Assembly: GCF_963921235.1 (NCBI RefSeq)
Contig: NC_086097.1
Span: forward strand, 52,702,001-52,766,000
Reading direction: 5' to 3'
DNA from: Mobula hypostoma
Taxonomy: Eukaryota
DNA length: 64,000 nt
The position numbers and the translations under genes were made by a program. Position 1 is the first letter of the stretch. The number at the start of each line of letters is the position of its first letter. The notes beneath the pieces were generated by a model. That model searched no databases. It was not told the DNA's origin and worked only from the letters and a program-made list of their open reading frames with translations. This document shows positions 1 to 11,540 of this stretch, one piece after another.

Positions 1-430
1 TTATATACCTCTGTAAGGTCACACCTCAGTCTCCTACACTCCAAAGAAAACAGCCCCAGCCTCTTCCATCTTTCCTGATACCTCACACTCTCCAGTCCCA
101 TCAACATCCTATGGATCGTTGCTGCACCTTTTCCTTCTTAAAGACATCCTTCCTACAGCTAAGCAAGCAGAACTATACACAATGATCCAAGTGTGCTCTC
201 ACCAATGTAACATTACAACATAACTCTTATGCTCAGTGCCCTGAACAATAAAGGCAAGCATGCTAACCACACTCTTCAACACCCAGTCTATTGGTGTCAC
301 CACTTTCAGGAAACTATTCACTTTTACCTCCAGAACTCTCTGCTCTACAATAGCACTGCCATGGTTTAACTTGCCAAAATGCAACATTTTGCACTTGCCT
401 GAACTAACTTCCATCTAACATTTGTCAGTT
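1..430 (-). mobile_element. Decayed CR1-type LINE ORF2 C-terminal fragment
   Basis: ORF 199..414 (MEVSSGKCKMLHFGK...MLAFI) resembles the CR1 'WQMEFNxxKCxVLHFG' region seen in other copies in this window. Confidence 0.75.
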
Positions 431-689
431 GATCTCGATCCTTTTTCAACAGAATCATAGAGTCAAAAGGAAAAAAGCATGGGGGAAAAGAAAATGGCAT
501 TGGCCCAACTAGCCCACGCCAACCATGATCCCAGCAAGTTAATTCCAGTTATCAGCACATGGCCCACATCCCTCTAAACCCCTCCAAATGTCTTTTAAAT
601 GCTATTTTACTTGCCCCATCTGCTTTCTCTAGTTTTTAGTTTCCCTTCCCTGGGTAAGTATGCATTTCCCCTGTAGATAGGCCTCATGA

Positions 690-1192
690 TTTTTTTTATT
701 TAGAGATACAGCGCGGAGCAGGCCCGCCAAGCTGCACAGCCCAGCATCCCACTGATTCAACCCCTGGCATAATCACAGGACAACTTACAGTGACCAGTTA
801 ACCTACGTACTAGCTGGAATGTCTTTGGACTGTGAGAGGAAACCGGTGCACCAGGAGGAACCACATGGGAAAAATGTTTACAAACTTGAACCTTTTGGAC
901 ATTGCTTTTTTTGTCCGTCTTGTTGTTTGTGGTTTTTCTGTTTTGTTCCTTTGTACATATTTACAGTGAATGTCCACAAGAAATAGAAACTCAGGATATA
1001 TGGTGCCATATGTATAGATTGATAATAAATTTACTTTGAATTTTGAACTTAGATATTGCACCACTTAGCATGGGACGGGTAGTGCATCACTTGGCCTGAG
1101 AGGAGAAGGGGTTGGTGGTGGTGGAATTGACCCCCAAACTCTGATACCCCAAGCTGTAATAGTGCCTGGATAACTGCTACACTGCTGTGGCC
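690..1192 (-). mobile_element. tRNA-derived V-domain SINE interrupted by an inverted templated insertion (892-1125)
   Basis: Core 'gtctttggactgtgagaggaaaccggtgcaccaggaggaaccacatggg...acaaact' resumes at 1126 with the head 'attgaccccc...gctgtaatag'; same family at 23350-23495 and 54972-55197. Confidence 0.7.
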
Positions 1193-1194
1193 AA

Positions 1195-1665
1195 ATTCAA
1201 AAGCATTAGCACCTTCATCTCATCTCAGGGGATAAGTTTCATTACAGGCCTACAGACTCCAATAGTATTTGACTACACTTCCTCCCACCCTGCCCCCAGT
1301 AAGGATTCCAATCCTTACCTCTCTCAATTCTACAAGCTTCACAGAGGCATCTCTTTACTATGACTTCCCTCTCCCATTATTGATTTTGATCTCACCTGTT
1401 TTTCACACATCAGCTCTCAAACCGTCCCTGCCAGACAGGGTAAAGGCAGAGTTCCCCTGGGCTACACCCTCCACCCCACCAGCCTCCACATTCAGCAGAT
1501 CAGGCTTTACAATTTATACCATATTCAATGAAATCCACCCTTTCTCTTCCACTGTCAACATTTAGAAGGGTCTACTACCCTTGCCATTCCCTAGCCCGCT
1601 TGTCCACCACCACCAACCCCTTCTCCTCTCAGGCTAAGTGATGCACTACCTGTCCCATGCTAAGT
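1195..1665 (+). mobile_element. Penelope-like element fragment (RT C-terminal region)
   Basis: Degenerate 'PTDSxSYxDYTSSHP..KDSIP.SQF' coding sequence; homologous to 34430-34900. Confidence 0.7.
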
Positions 1666-1677
1666 GGTGCAACATCG

Positions 1678-2775
1678 AAGTTCAAAATTCAAAGTAAATC
1701 TATTATCAATCTATACACATGGCACCATATATCCTGAGTTTCTATTTCTTGTGGGCATTCACTGTAAATATGTACAAAGGCACAAGATAGAAAAACCACA
1801 AACAACAAGATGGATAAAAAAAAGCAATGTCCAAAAGATGCAAATACAAAAAGAGAAAAACAAACAAAATAATAGCAATAAATAAGCAATGAAGATGAAG
1901 TGTCCTTCAAAGTGAGACCATAGGTTGTGGAAACAGCTCAGTGTTGGGGTTAGTGAATTTGAATGAAGTTATCCCCACTGGTTCAAGAGCTTGATAGTTG
2001 AGGGGTAATAACTGTTCCTGAACCTCATAGTGGGCTGAACCTGTCCTCCTTCAAAGAACGGGGCTTCACTTCCTTCACCATTGATGCTTCCCTCACCTGC
2101 AGTTCCTCCATTTCCTGGACACCTGTGCTCACCCCATTTTCCTGCCATCTTGACAGGGATAGAGTTCCTCATGCCCTCACCTACCATCCATGAGCCTCCA
2201 CATTCAACATGTCATTCTCTGCAACTTTCACCACCTTCAGTGGAATCCTACCACCAAACAGATCTTTACCTCCCCCCCCCCCACCACCACTCTCCACTTT
2301 CCACAGGGATCACTCCCTCCATGATTCCCTGGTCAATTTATCTATTTCCACTAATCCCCCCACCCCCCCAGCATATATTCCTGCAAGTGACAGACATACT
2401 ACACCTGCCCATTTACCTCCTCTCTTACCTCCATTCAGGGCCCCAAACCGTTCTTCCAGGTGAGGCAATGCTTCACCTGCAAACCTGTGGGGTTTGTGTA
2501 TTGTATCCGATGCTCTCAGTGTAGTCTCCTCTGCATTGATGAGACGTGTGACAGTGGTCTTTGTAAATGTGTTCAATGGTGGGGAGGGCTTTGATCATGA
2601 TGGACTGGGCTTTTCCATTCAAGGCACTGGTATTTCCATACCAAGCCATGATGCAACCAACCAGTTTACTTTCCACTGTGCATTTATAGAAGTTCGGCAA
2701 AGTTTTAGATGACATACAGAATTTTAGCAAACTTACAAGGAAGTCATAGCACTGCTGTGCTGTCTTACAAATAGC
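1678..2775 (-). mobile_element. Rex1/Babar-type LINE 3' fragment (1678-2035 and ~2545-2775) interrupted by a PLE fragment
   Basis: Minus ORFs contain 'RFRNSYYPSTIKLLN' and 'LPNFYKCTVESKLVGCIMAWYGN'; 3' tail 'ttcaaagtaaatctattatc'. Confidence 0.7.
2040..2545 (+). mobile_element. Penelope-like element fragment (RT thumb to start of GIY-YIG)
   Basis: Homologous to 34550-35050 ('cagggccccaaaccgttcttccaggtgaggcaatgcttcacctgc'). Confidence 0.75.
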
Positions 2776-2990
2776 CAGAATTCGTGGTCTATGTAAGTAT
2801 CAATGACATGGGTAAGACAAGTGACAAGGTTCTACATAGGGAGTACAGGGAGTTAGGTGCTAAGTTAAAGGGAAGGACCTCCAGGGTTCCGATCACAGGA
2901 TTGCTTTCCATGCCAAGTACTAGTGAGGCTAGAACTAGGATGATAATATGGAGTAATACGTGGCTAAGGAGTTGGTGTAGGAGGAAGGGC

Positions 2991-3600
2991 AAAGTCGAGG
3001 AAAGAGGACCAGGTGGAGACAACAGAGACTTATGGAGAAGAATAAAATGGATGAGTTCATGGCGCTAGCCAGGTGTCAGAGAACGTTTTGGGAGTGCAGT
3101 GTTATGTGTTTCACTGGAACGGGCCTGCACGAGAACATACCCGACCAAAGCTTTTCCATGGACGGCTTCCAGACCGTTCGGGCTGACCGGAAGTGCACTG
3201 AGAGCGGTAAGCGTAAAGGAGTTGGGTGCTTACTGTTCTGGTTAACAACAGATGTTGCAATCCAGGTCATATTATGATCGAGGAATGTGTTTGTAGACCA
3301 GGTATTGAACTTTTTACTGTTGGACTTCAGCCATATTCCACCGAGATACAACACTGGGCGGCACGGGAGGTCGCTTCTGCCTGTGGCCATCGGACTTGCA
3401 GCTCCTCCCGTGGAGAGTCAGACACCCTGAGCCAATAGACTGGTCCTGGACTTATTTTCCATCTGGCATAGTTTGCATTCTGTTGTTTGATTGTTTGTGG
3501 TTTTTGTATTGCTATATTTATGCTCTATTCTTAGTTGGTGCGGCTGTAACAAAACCCAATTTCCCTCAGGATCAATAAAGTATGTCTATCTATCTATCTA
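2991..3600 (+). mobile_element. Internally deleted Rex1/Babar LINE (APE fragment joined to 3' tail) inserted in CR1 ORF1
   Basis: ORF 3032 'KMDEFMALARCQRTFWECSVMCFT.T.LHENIPD' is an APE N-terminus; tail 'aatttccctcaggatcaataaagtatg(tcta)n'; CR1 resumes at 3601. Confidence 0.75.
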
Positions 3601-5768
3601 TAAGATTTTTGGATCATCGGTCTCTCTTCCAGGGAAGGTGGGACCTGTACAGAAGGGATAGTTTGCACCTGAACTGGAGTGGGACTAATATCCTAGTGGG
3701 AAGGTTTGTTAATGTTGCATGGTGGGGTTTAAATTAGTGTTGCAGGGGGATGGGAACCAGAGTGTCAGAACAGTTAGTGGAGAGGTTGTGGAGGTAGAGG
3801 TTGGTAAGACTCCAAAGTCAGGAATCAAAAGGTTGAACATGGTGCGGCAAAATGGAGAAGAGTGAATACAGGATTGAAGGTGTTGTATCTGAATGAGTGC
3901 AGTATACAGATTAAGGTAGATGAACTTGCCGCACAACTGCAGATTGGCAGGTATGATGTTGTAGGCATCACAGAATTATAGCTAAAAGATTATAGCTGGG
4001 AGCTTAATATCCAAGGATACACATTGTATCGAAAGGATAGGGAAGAAGGCGGGGGGGGGCGCGGCGGCATTGCTCTGATGGATAAAATTAAATTATTAGA
4101 AAGAGGTGACATGGGGTCAGAAAGTGTAGAATCATTGTGGATAGAACTAAGGAACTGCAAGGGTAAAAGAACCTTGATGGGAGTTGTATACAGAGCCAAA
4201 CAGTAGTAAGGATGTTGCCTACAAATTATGAGAGATAGAAAATGCATTCTAAAAGGGCAATATTACTATAGTCATGAGGGTCTTCAATATGCAAATAGTT
4301 TGGGAAAATTAAGTTGGTGCTGGATTTCAGGAAAGGGAATTCCTAGAGTGTGCATAAGATGGCTTTTTAGAGTAACTTGTGGTTGAGCCCATTAGAGGAT
4401 CAGCTATTCTGGACTGGGTGTTGTGCAATGAACCAGAATTGATTAGAGAGCTTAAGGTAAAAGCAGCATTCGGGGAAGTTATCATAATATGATTGAATTC
4501 ACCCTGAAATTTGAGAAGGATAAGCTAAAGTCAGATGTATCAGTATTACAGTGGAGTAAAGGCAATTACAGAGGCATGAGGGAGGAGTTAGACAGAACTG
4601 ATTGGGAAAGAACACTGGCAGGGATGATGGCAGAGAAGCAATGGCTGGAATTTCTGGAAGCAATTTGGAAGGCAAAGGATATATACATCCCAAAAAGGAA
4701 GAAGTATTCTAAAGGAAAGGTGACACAACTATGGCTAACAAGAGAAGTCAAATTGAACATTAAAGCCAAAAAGAAGGCATATAATAAAGATTAGTGGGAA
4801 GTTAGAGGATTAGGAAGTTTTGAAAACCCAACAGAAGACAATTTAAAAAGTCAATAAGAAAGTAAAAATGGAATGCGAAATTAAGCTAGCCAATAATATT
4901 AAAGAGGATACCAAAAGTTTCTTCAGATACATAAAGTGTAAAAGAGATATAAGAGTGAATATTGGACAGCTGGAAAATACTAGAGAGGTGGTAATGGGGG
5001 ACAACAAAATAGCAGACAAACTGAGTATTTTGCATCAGCCTTCACTGTGGAAGACACTAGCAGTATGGTGGAAGTTCCAGTTGTCAGGGGGCATGAAGTG
5101 TGTGAAGTTATCATGACTAATGAGAAAGTCTGAATGTAGATAAGTCACCTGGACCAGATGGTGTACACTCCAGAGTTCTGAAAGAGGTGGCAGCAGAGAT
5201 CATGGATGCATTAGTAATGATCTTCCAAGAATCTCTATATTCTGGAATGGTTCCAGAAGTCTGGCCAATCGCAAATATCACTCCACTCTTTAAAAAGGGA
5301 GAGAGGTGGAAGAAAGGAAACTATAGGCTAGTTATTCTGACCTCAGTGGTTGGGAAGATGCTGGAGTAGATTATTAAGGATGAGGTCTCAGGGTACTTGG
5401 AAGCACATGATGAAATAGGCCGTAGGCAGCATGGTTTCCTCGAGGGAAAATCTTGCCTAACAAATCTGTTGAAATTCTTTAAAGTAGTTACAAACAAGAT
5501 AGACAAAGGAGAATCAGTTGATGTTTTGGACTTGGATTTTCAGAACACCTTTGATAAGGTGCCATAAATGAGTCTGCTTAACATGAGCCCATAGTATTAC
5601 AAGCATGGATAAAAGGGTGACTAATTGGCAGGAGGCAAAGAATGGGAATAAGGGGAGCCTTTTCTGGTTGGCCGCTGGTGACCAGTAGTGTTCCACGGGG
5701 GTCTGTGTTGGGACCAATTCTTTTCATGTTACATGTCAATGATTTGGATGATGGAATTGATGGCTTTG

Positions 5769-7109
5769 TGTCATAAGGTGGGGTGCTGGGAACAGACCCA
5801 AATGCAAGACACAGACACTGAAGTACTTGGAACAGGACTTGACTAGAGAGCAGGGACAAGAACACAGACTTGGGCTAGGACATTGGCTAGGCAAGCAGGA
5901 ACAGGACAAGGAACTGGGAACTAGGATCCTGGGCTTGGACTCCGAGCTGGATACTGGACAAGGATCCAGAACCTGCGTCTTGACTCAGGCTCGGACCCTG
6001 GAACTAGGTGAGGACATGACATGGCTACAGGACTGGACATGGCTTGGGTTCTTTGAGGCGAGGACATGACGAGGCTTGGGCTCTTCGAGGCAAGGACATG
6101 ACGAGGCTTGGGTTCAGACTCTGAGCCAGAGACTGGACAAGGACCCAGAACCTGGATCTTGACTCGGGCTCAGATTCTAGAACTAGGCAAAGACATGACG
6201 TGGTCTTGGGAGACAGGACTAGATGAGGCTACAGGACAGAACAAGAGGCACATGAACAGGATGAGGGAACTCCAGCACAGGACAAGGCACATGGACGGGA
6301 CGAGAACACGAAGCCCTGACTTGGTACTCAGGAACAACCGAGCCTTGGACTTGGGGTGACAGGAACCTCGGAACCTTGGACTCGGGACGACAGGAACGCA
6401 GAACACAGAGCCTTGGTCTTGTGGAGGACAGGAACACAGAGCCTTGGCCTTGAGATACAGGAACACGGGGACACAGAACACAGAGTCAGGACCCCTCCTT
6501 GGGAACAGGACTTGGGGCCGGGATTCTACACAGAATGCTGAACACGATGAGACGGTTCTCAACACTAAGTAGCGGCAAACGGCCGGACCTACCTAGTGAA
6601 GGCGTGGACACAGAGACGGCCCCCCAACACTAGGTAGTGGCAAACGGCCAGACCTACCTAGCAAAGGTGTGGACACAGAGACAGTTCCAACTCAATGATA
6701 GACAGTTCCTTATCTTGACACAGCAAGGCTCCGGTCTTGCTCCAGTGGTAGAACTTAACAAGGTTGCGGGCAAAGGCTCCAAAAGGAAGGGGAAGGGAAG
6801 GGAACAGTCCAGCCTCAGAGTAGCGGCAAAGACAGCCTGGCTTACCCAAGAGGCAAGGACAGGAAGGGACAGATCCAACCACAGGGTAACAGCAAAGACA
6901 GCCTGACTTACCCCACAGAGGCAAGAACACAAGACAAACCAACACCCACACTCGAACCCAGAGCCACTTGTATTCCCAGCCCCAAGATGAGTATCAGGTG
7001 CCTATGACTAAGCTCAAATGAAACATGGGACAGCCGGAAGACCCAGGATCCAGAGTTCACAGACCAGACCGTGAACCGGAACGTGGACTTCACGGACTGG
7101 ACCATGAAA
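5769..7109 (-). mobile_element. Solo LTR (Gypsy-like), copy 1
   Basis: TGTCAT...ATGAAA termini (ATGACA in copy 2); 5-bp TSD CTTTG at 5764-5768 and 7110-7114; CR1 sequence continues across it; internal tandem subrepeats. Confidence 0.85.
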
Positions 7110-7658
7110 CTTTGTTGCAAAGTTTTCAGACAATATGAAGATAGCTGGAGGGACAAGTAGTTTTGAGGAACTAGAGAGGCAACAGAAAGATTAGACAGAT
7201 TAGGAGAATGGGCAAAGAACTGGCAGATAGAATATAGTGTCAGGAAGTGTATGGTCATGCACTTTTGTAGAAGAAATGAAGGGATTGACTATTTCCTAAA
7301 TGGAGAGAAAATTCAAAAAACTGAGACACAAAGGGACTTGGGAGCCCTTGTGCAGAATTCCCTAAAGGGTAATTTGCAGGTTGAGTCTGTGGTGAGGAAG
7401 GCAAGTGTGATGTTAACATTCATTTCAAGAGGACTAGAATATAAAAGCAAGGATGTAATGTTGAAACTTTATAATGCACTGGTGACACATCACTTGGAAC
7501 AGGTTTGGGTTCTTTACCTTAAAAGGGATGTTCTGAAACTGAAGAGGGTTCAAAGAAGGTTCACAAAAATGATTCCAGGATTGAATGGCTTGTCATATGA
7601 AGAGCGTTTGATGGCTCTGGGCCTGTGTTTATTAAAATTCAGAAGAATGAGGGGTGAC

Positions 7659-8558
7659 TGTCACAATGGGGTGCTGGGAACGGACCTAAATGCAAGACGC
7701 AGACACTGAAGTACAAGGAACAGGACTTGACTAGGTAAGGAGCAGGGACAAGAATGCAGACTTAGGCTAGGGAAAGCAGGACCAGGACTAGAAACCATGG
7801 ACTAGCAGACAAGGCTTGGACTCCGAGCCCGAGACTGGACAAGGATCCAGAACCTGGGTCTTGCCTCGGGCTCGGACCCTAGAACCAGGCAAGGACATGA
7901 CATGGCTTCAGGATAGGACGTGGCTGGGGCCTAGAGGCCTGAGCCTGGAGACAGGCTGGGGTCTTGGGTCTTGAGCTTGGCTGCAGGATCCTCAAGGCTG
8001 GAGTCTTGGGTCTTGAGTCTTGAGCTTGGCTGCAGGATCCTCAAGGCTTGAGTTCTTGGAGCTTCTCCTGGGCAGGACGCAGAACTCCACTCCACGGAGG
8101 CAAGACAGGGAGGGACAGACCCAAGCGCAGGGTGACAGCAATCAGCCTGGCTTACCCCACAGAGGGAAGGGACAGGAAAGGAGCTCAATCCAGGGTGTCT
8201 CTGAGTCTCAGGGCAGCCAGAAACCTTGGATGGCTACAGAAACAGCCAAATCCATACCACAATGACTACTCCAACAAGTGGCAACAAGGCTCCATAAAGC
8301 AGTGGTCCTCCAACCAGGCCTAGAGATTACAAATGGTTTCACTAGCCTTCCATCAGCAAGTTGCTCCAAGGGAGACTGACAAGACAAACCAGCAGCCTAC
8401 ACTCAACCCCAAGGCCACTTATATTCCAAGCCTCAAGATGGGAATCAGGTGCCTATGATTAACTCAACCAAACCAGGGACAACTGGAAGACCCGGAGTCC
8501 TGAGTCCATGGACCAGACCGTGAACCGGAATGCGGATTTCACGGACCGGACCATGACA
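7659..8558 (-). mobile_element. Solo LTR (same family), copy 2
   Basis: TGTCAC...ATGACA termini; 5-bp TSD GTGAC at 7654-7658 and 8559-8563; both ends homologous to copy 1. Confidence 0.9.
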
Positions 8559-8952
8559 GTGACCTCATTGAAACCCATCAAATGGTGAAGGGCTTTGGTA
8601 GAGTGGATGTGGAAAAGATATTTCACATGGTGGGGGAGTCTAAGACCAGAGGCCTCAGCCTCAGAGTAGAGAGGCATCCTTTTAGAACTGAGATGAGGAG
8701 GAATTTCTCTAGCCAGAGAGTGGTGAATCTGTGGAATTCTTTGCCACAGACAGCTGTGGAGGCCAAATCTTTATGTATATTTAAGGCAGAGGTTTGTTAG
8801 GTTCTTGATTGGTCTGGTTACAAAGGGAGTATGGGGAGAAGGCAGGAAATTGGGGCTGAGAGAAAAACGGATCAGCCATGACGAAATGGTGCAGCTGACT
8901 TGATGGTCAAAATGGCCAAATTCTTCTCCTATATCTTACGGTCTTATGGTCT

Positions 8953-9420
8953 TAAATGCTGGAGCCAGGACAGGTCTTCTGAAATGATAATGACGAGGAG
9001 TTTGAAGTTGCTGTCCCTCTCTACTTCTGATCCCCTGATGGGAACTGGCTCAGGGACCTCTGGTTTCCTCCTCCTGTCGTCAATAATCAGCTCTTTGTTT
9101 TTGCTGACATTGAGTGAGATGTTGTTGTTGTGACACGACTCAGCCATGTTTTCAGACTCTCTCCTATATGCTGATTCATCACCTTTGATTCAGCCAATGA
9201 CAGTGGTGGCATCAATAAACTTAAATATGGCATTGGAGCTGAGCTTTGTCTCACAGTCATAAAAATACGGTGAGTAGAGCAGGAGGCTAAGCACATCGTG
9301 GTACACCTATGTTGACGGGGATTGTGGAGGAGATGTTGTTGCCAATCTGAACTGGCGCGGGTCTGCAAGTGAAGAAATCGAGGATCGATTTCCACAAGGA
9401 GGCATTGAGGCCTACATCAT
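8953..9420 (-). mobile_element. Rex1/Babar LINE RT fragment
   Basis: Minus ORF 'CHNNNISLNVSKNKELIIDDRR...VERDSNFKLLVIIISEDLSW'. Confidence 0.8.
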
Positions 9421-10019
9421 GAAACTCCTTGCAGTTAACTCCATTTTCTCACTCCACTTCCTGATCTGCTGACCATTTCATTCAGCCTTGACTCTTACTA
9501 ATTTTACATGTCCCTTTTGTTTTCTCTCTATCCACTCTCTTATTAACTGAAGAGCTTCATCAACAGCATATCATGATGGAAATTCCAGCTTGAGTTAACT
9601 TGCTTTCCTTGAACAGTCTTCAGCCTGAGACATTAACTCTGCTTCTGTTTCTATGGCTACAACCTGCCCTCCTGTTTTCACTCCTGGTCTATAGTGTGCC
9701 TATTTAGGGCACTTACTTACTAAAGGATGCCTATGACTTAAGACAGCAGCATTGATGGTTTGCATTGATTTCTAGGATACAAAGTTTATCTTATGAATAG
9801 AGAATAAACAATCTCCTTGAAACAGATAATTTGGAAATAGATTAACAAGATAGCTATCAACAATCTTCAACAGACCTCAATCTAAATGTTCAAAAATAAT
9901 GGGTATGTCTCAACATAAACAACTAATTATTTGGAATTGACTTTAATTGAAATATCTTCATTCAAAGGAGTGTGATCTTCTTCAAGTTTCTACCTCAGCA
10001 CACTATTGACCTTTAATTA

Positions 10020-10755
10020 TTCAGAATCAGACTTATTATCGTTGACTTTTCTGTTATAAAATTTGTTGTTTTGCAAAGCGGTACGGCACAAAAACATGAA
10101 ATTATTATCCATTACTAAATAAGGAAGTACATTAAATAAACAAGCAAACAAATGGTGGGAGGAGGAATAACAAAATAATGTCCATGTGTTCATGGGCTAT
10201 TCAGAAAATCTGATGGCGAAGAAGTTGTTCCTAAATTATTATGGCTCTCCAGGTTGAAGTATCTCTTCCCTGATGGTTATAATAAGAAGAGGGCACGTTC
10301 CAGATGCTGAAGCCCCTAAGTGACGGATGCCACCCTCCTGAGGCACCACATTTTGAAGATATATCTGATGGTGGAGGCTTTTGCTCATGATAGAGCTGGC
10401 TGAATCTGCAAACCCCTATAACCTCCTGCCATCCCTTGCATTGGAGCTGCCAGACCAGACTACGATGAGACTAGTCAGAATGCCCTCCACCGTACATAGA
10501 ATAGAGAACAGTACAGCATGGGACAGGCCCTTTGGTCATGGTGTGTGCCAGCTTTTTAAATCCAAGGTCAATCTGTAGAAATTTGCAAGAGTTAGTGTTA
10601 TTTCCTCCAATCCTTAATGAAGTAGAGGCTGTGGTTTGCCTTCCTCATGATTGCATCAATATGTTGGGCCAGGACAAATCCTCTGAGATGCTGATGCCCA
10701 AGAACTTGAAACTACTCATCCATTCCAATGCTGACTCCTCAATAAGGACCTGCTG
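10020..10755 (-). mobile_element. Rex1/Babar LINE 3' fragment, with a small CR1 tail insert (~10496-10570)
   Basis: 'cagaatcagacttattatc' tail; homologous to 56634-57300. Confidence 0.7.
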
Positions 10756-11056
10756 ACATTGACCATGAGTATTTTTCATCCCGAAATCGATTAATCAATC
10801 AATAAGTTGAAAGGGTAGTGAATGCTAAAGAGGTTTTAGATTCTATCTGATCCATTATTTTATGTTTTAAGTTCTTATGAATATAATTCAGTTTGGTTAC
10901 AGATTGGCAATCATTCCTCATGCACTTAGAGACTGTCATTATTCAGTTTGCATGGAACGTCAAGCAACATGAGATAAGATCGGAAATCAAAATTGAAATT
11001 ACTGGAAATATTTAGCGGGCCAAGCAACATCTGCAGAAAAACAAACAAAGCTAATG

Positions 11057-11540
11057 CTCCATTCACCAGAAAAAGCAGGATCTCCCGGTGGCCACCCATT
11101 TCAATTCTACTTCCCATTCCCATCCAGATATGTCAATCCATGGCCTCCTCTATTGCTGTGATGAGGCCACACTCAAGTTGGAGGAGCAATACCTTTTATT
11201 CCATTTGGGTAGCCTCCAACCTGATGGCATGAACATTGACTTCTCAAACTTCTGGTGATCACCACCCCCCACCCCCGCCTTCATCATTCCCCATTCATGT
11301 TTCCCTCTCTCACCTTATCTCTTCACCTGCCTATTTCTCCCCTCTGGTGCTCCTCCTCCTTCTCTTTCTTTCATGGTTCTCTGACTTCTCATCTTTTTTT
11401 CCAGTCCTGATGAAGGGTCTCAACCTGAAATATTGACAGTTTACTCTTTTCCATAGCTGCTGCCTGGCCTGCTGAGTTCCTCCAGCACTTTGTGTATTTT
11501 GCTTTGGATTTACAGCATCTGCAGATTTACTCCTGTCTGT
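11057..11540 (+). mobile_element. PLE 3' fragment (end of GIY-YIG plus tail with degenerate HHR at 11403-11438)
   Basis: Homologous to 35095-35682. Confidence 0.8.

Larger units (their letters stand above)
2780..8952 (+). mobile_element. Decayed CR1 LINE (ORF1 esterase part, APE, RT, 3' UTR) carrying three nested insertions
   Basis: ORF1 SGNH-like 'VYVSINDMG'; ORF2 fragments 'MIEFTLKFEK', 'NYRLVILTSVVGKMLE', 'RRNFSSQRVVNLWNSLP'; (tcttatgg)-like tail at ~8935-8952; many stops and frameshifts. Confidence 0.9.

Noticed and set aside
5827..6951. Multiple ORFs and CRISPR-like spaced repeats
   Set aside because: These are irregular tandem subrepeats within an LTR, with no unique spacers or cas genes; the ORFs are low-complexity.
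5769..8558. A single TRIM/LTR retroelement with two LTRs flanking a 549-bp interior
   Set aside because: Each LTR has its own TSD, and the interior is collinear host CR1 with no PBS or PPT.
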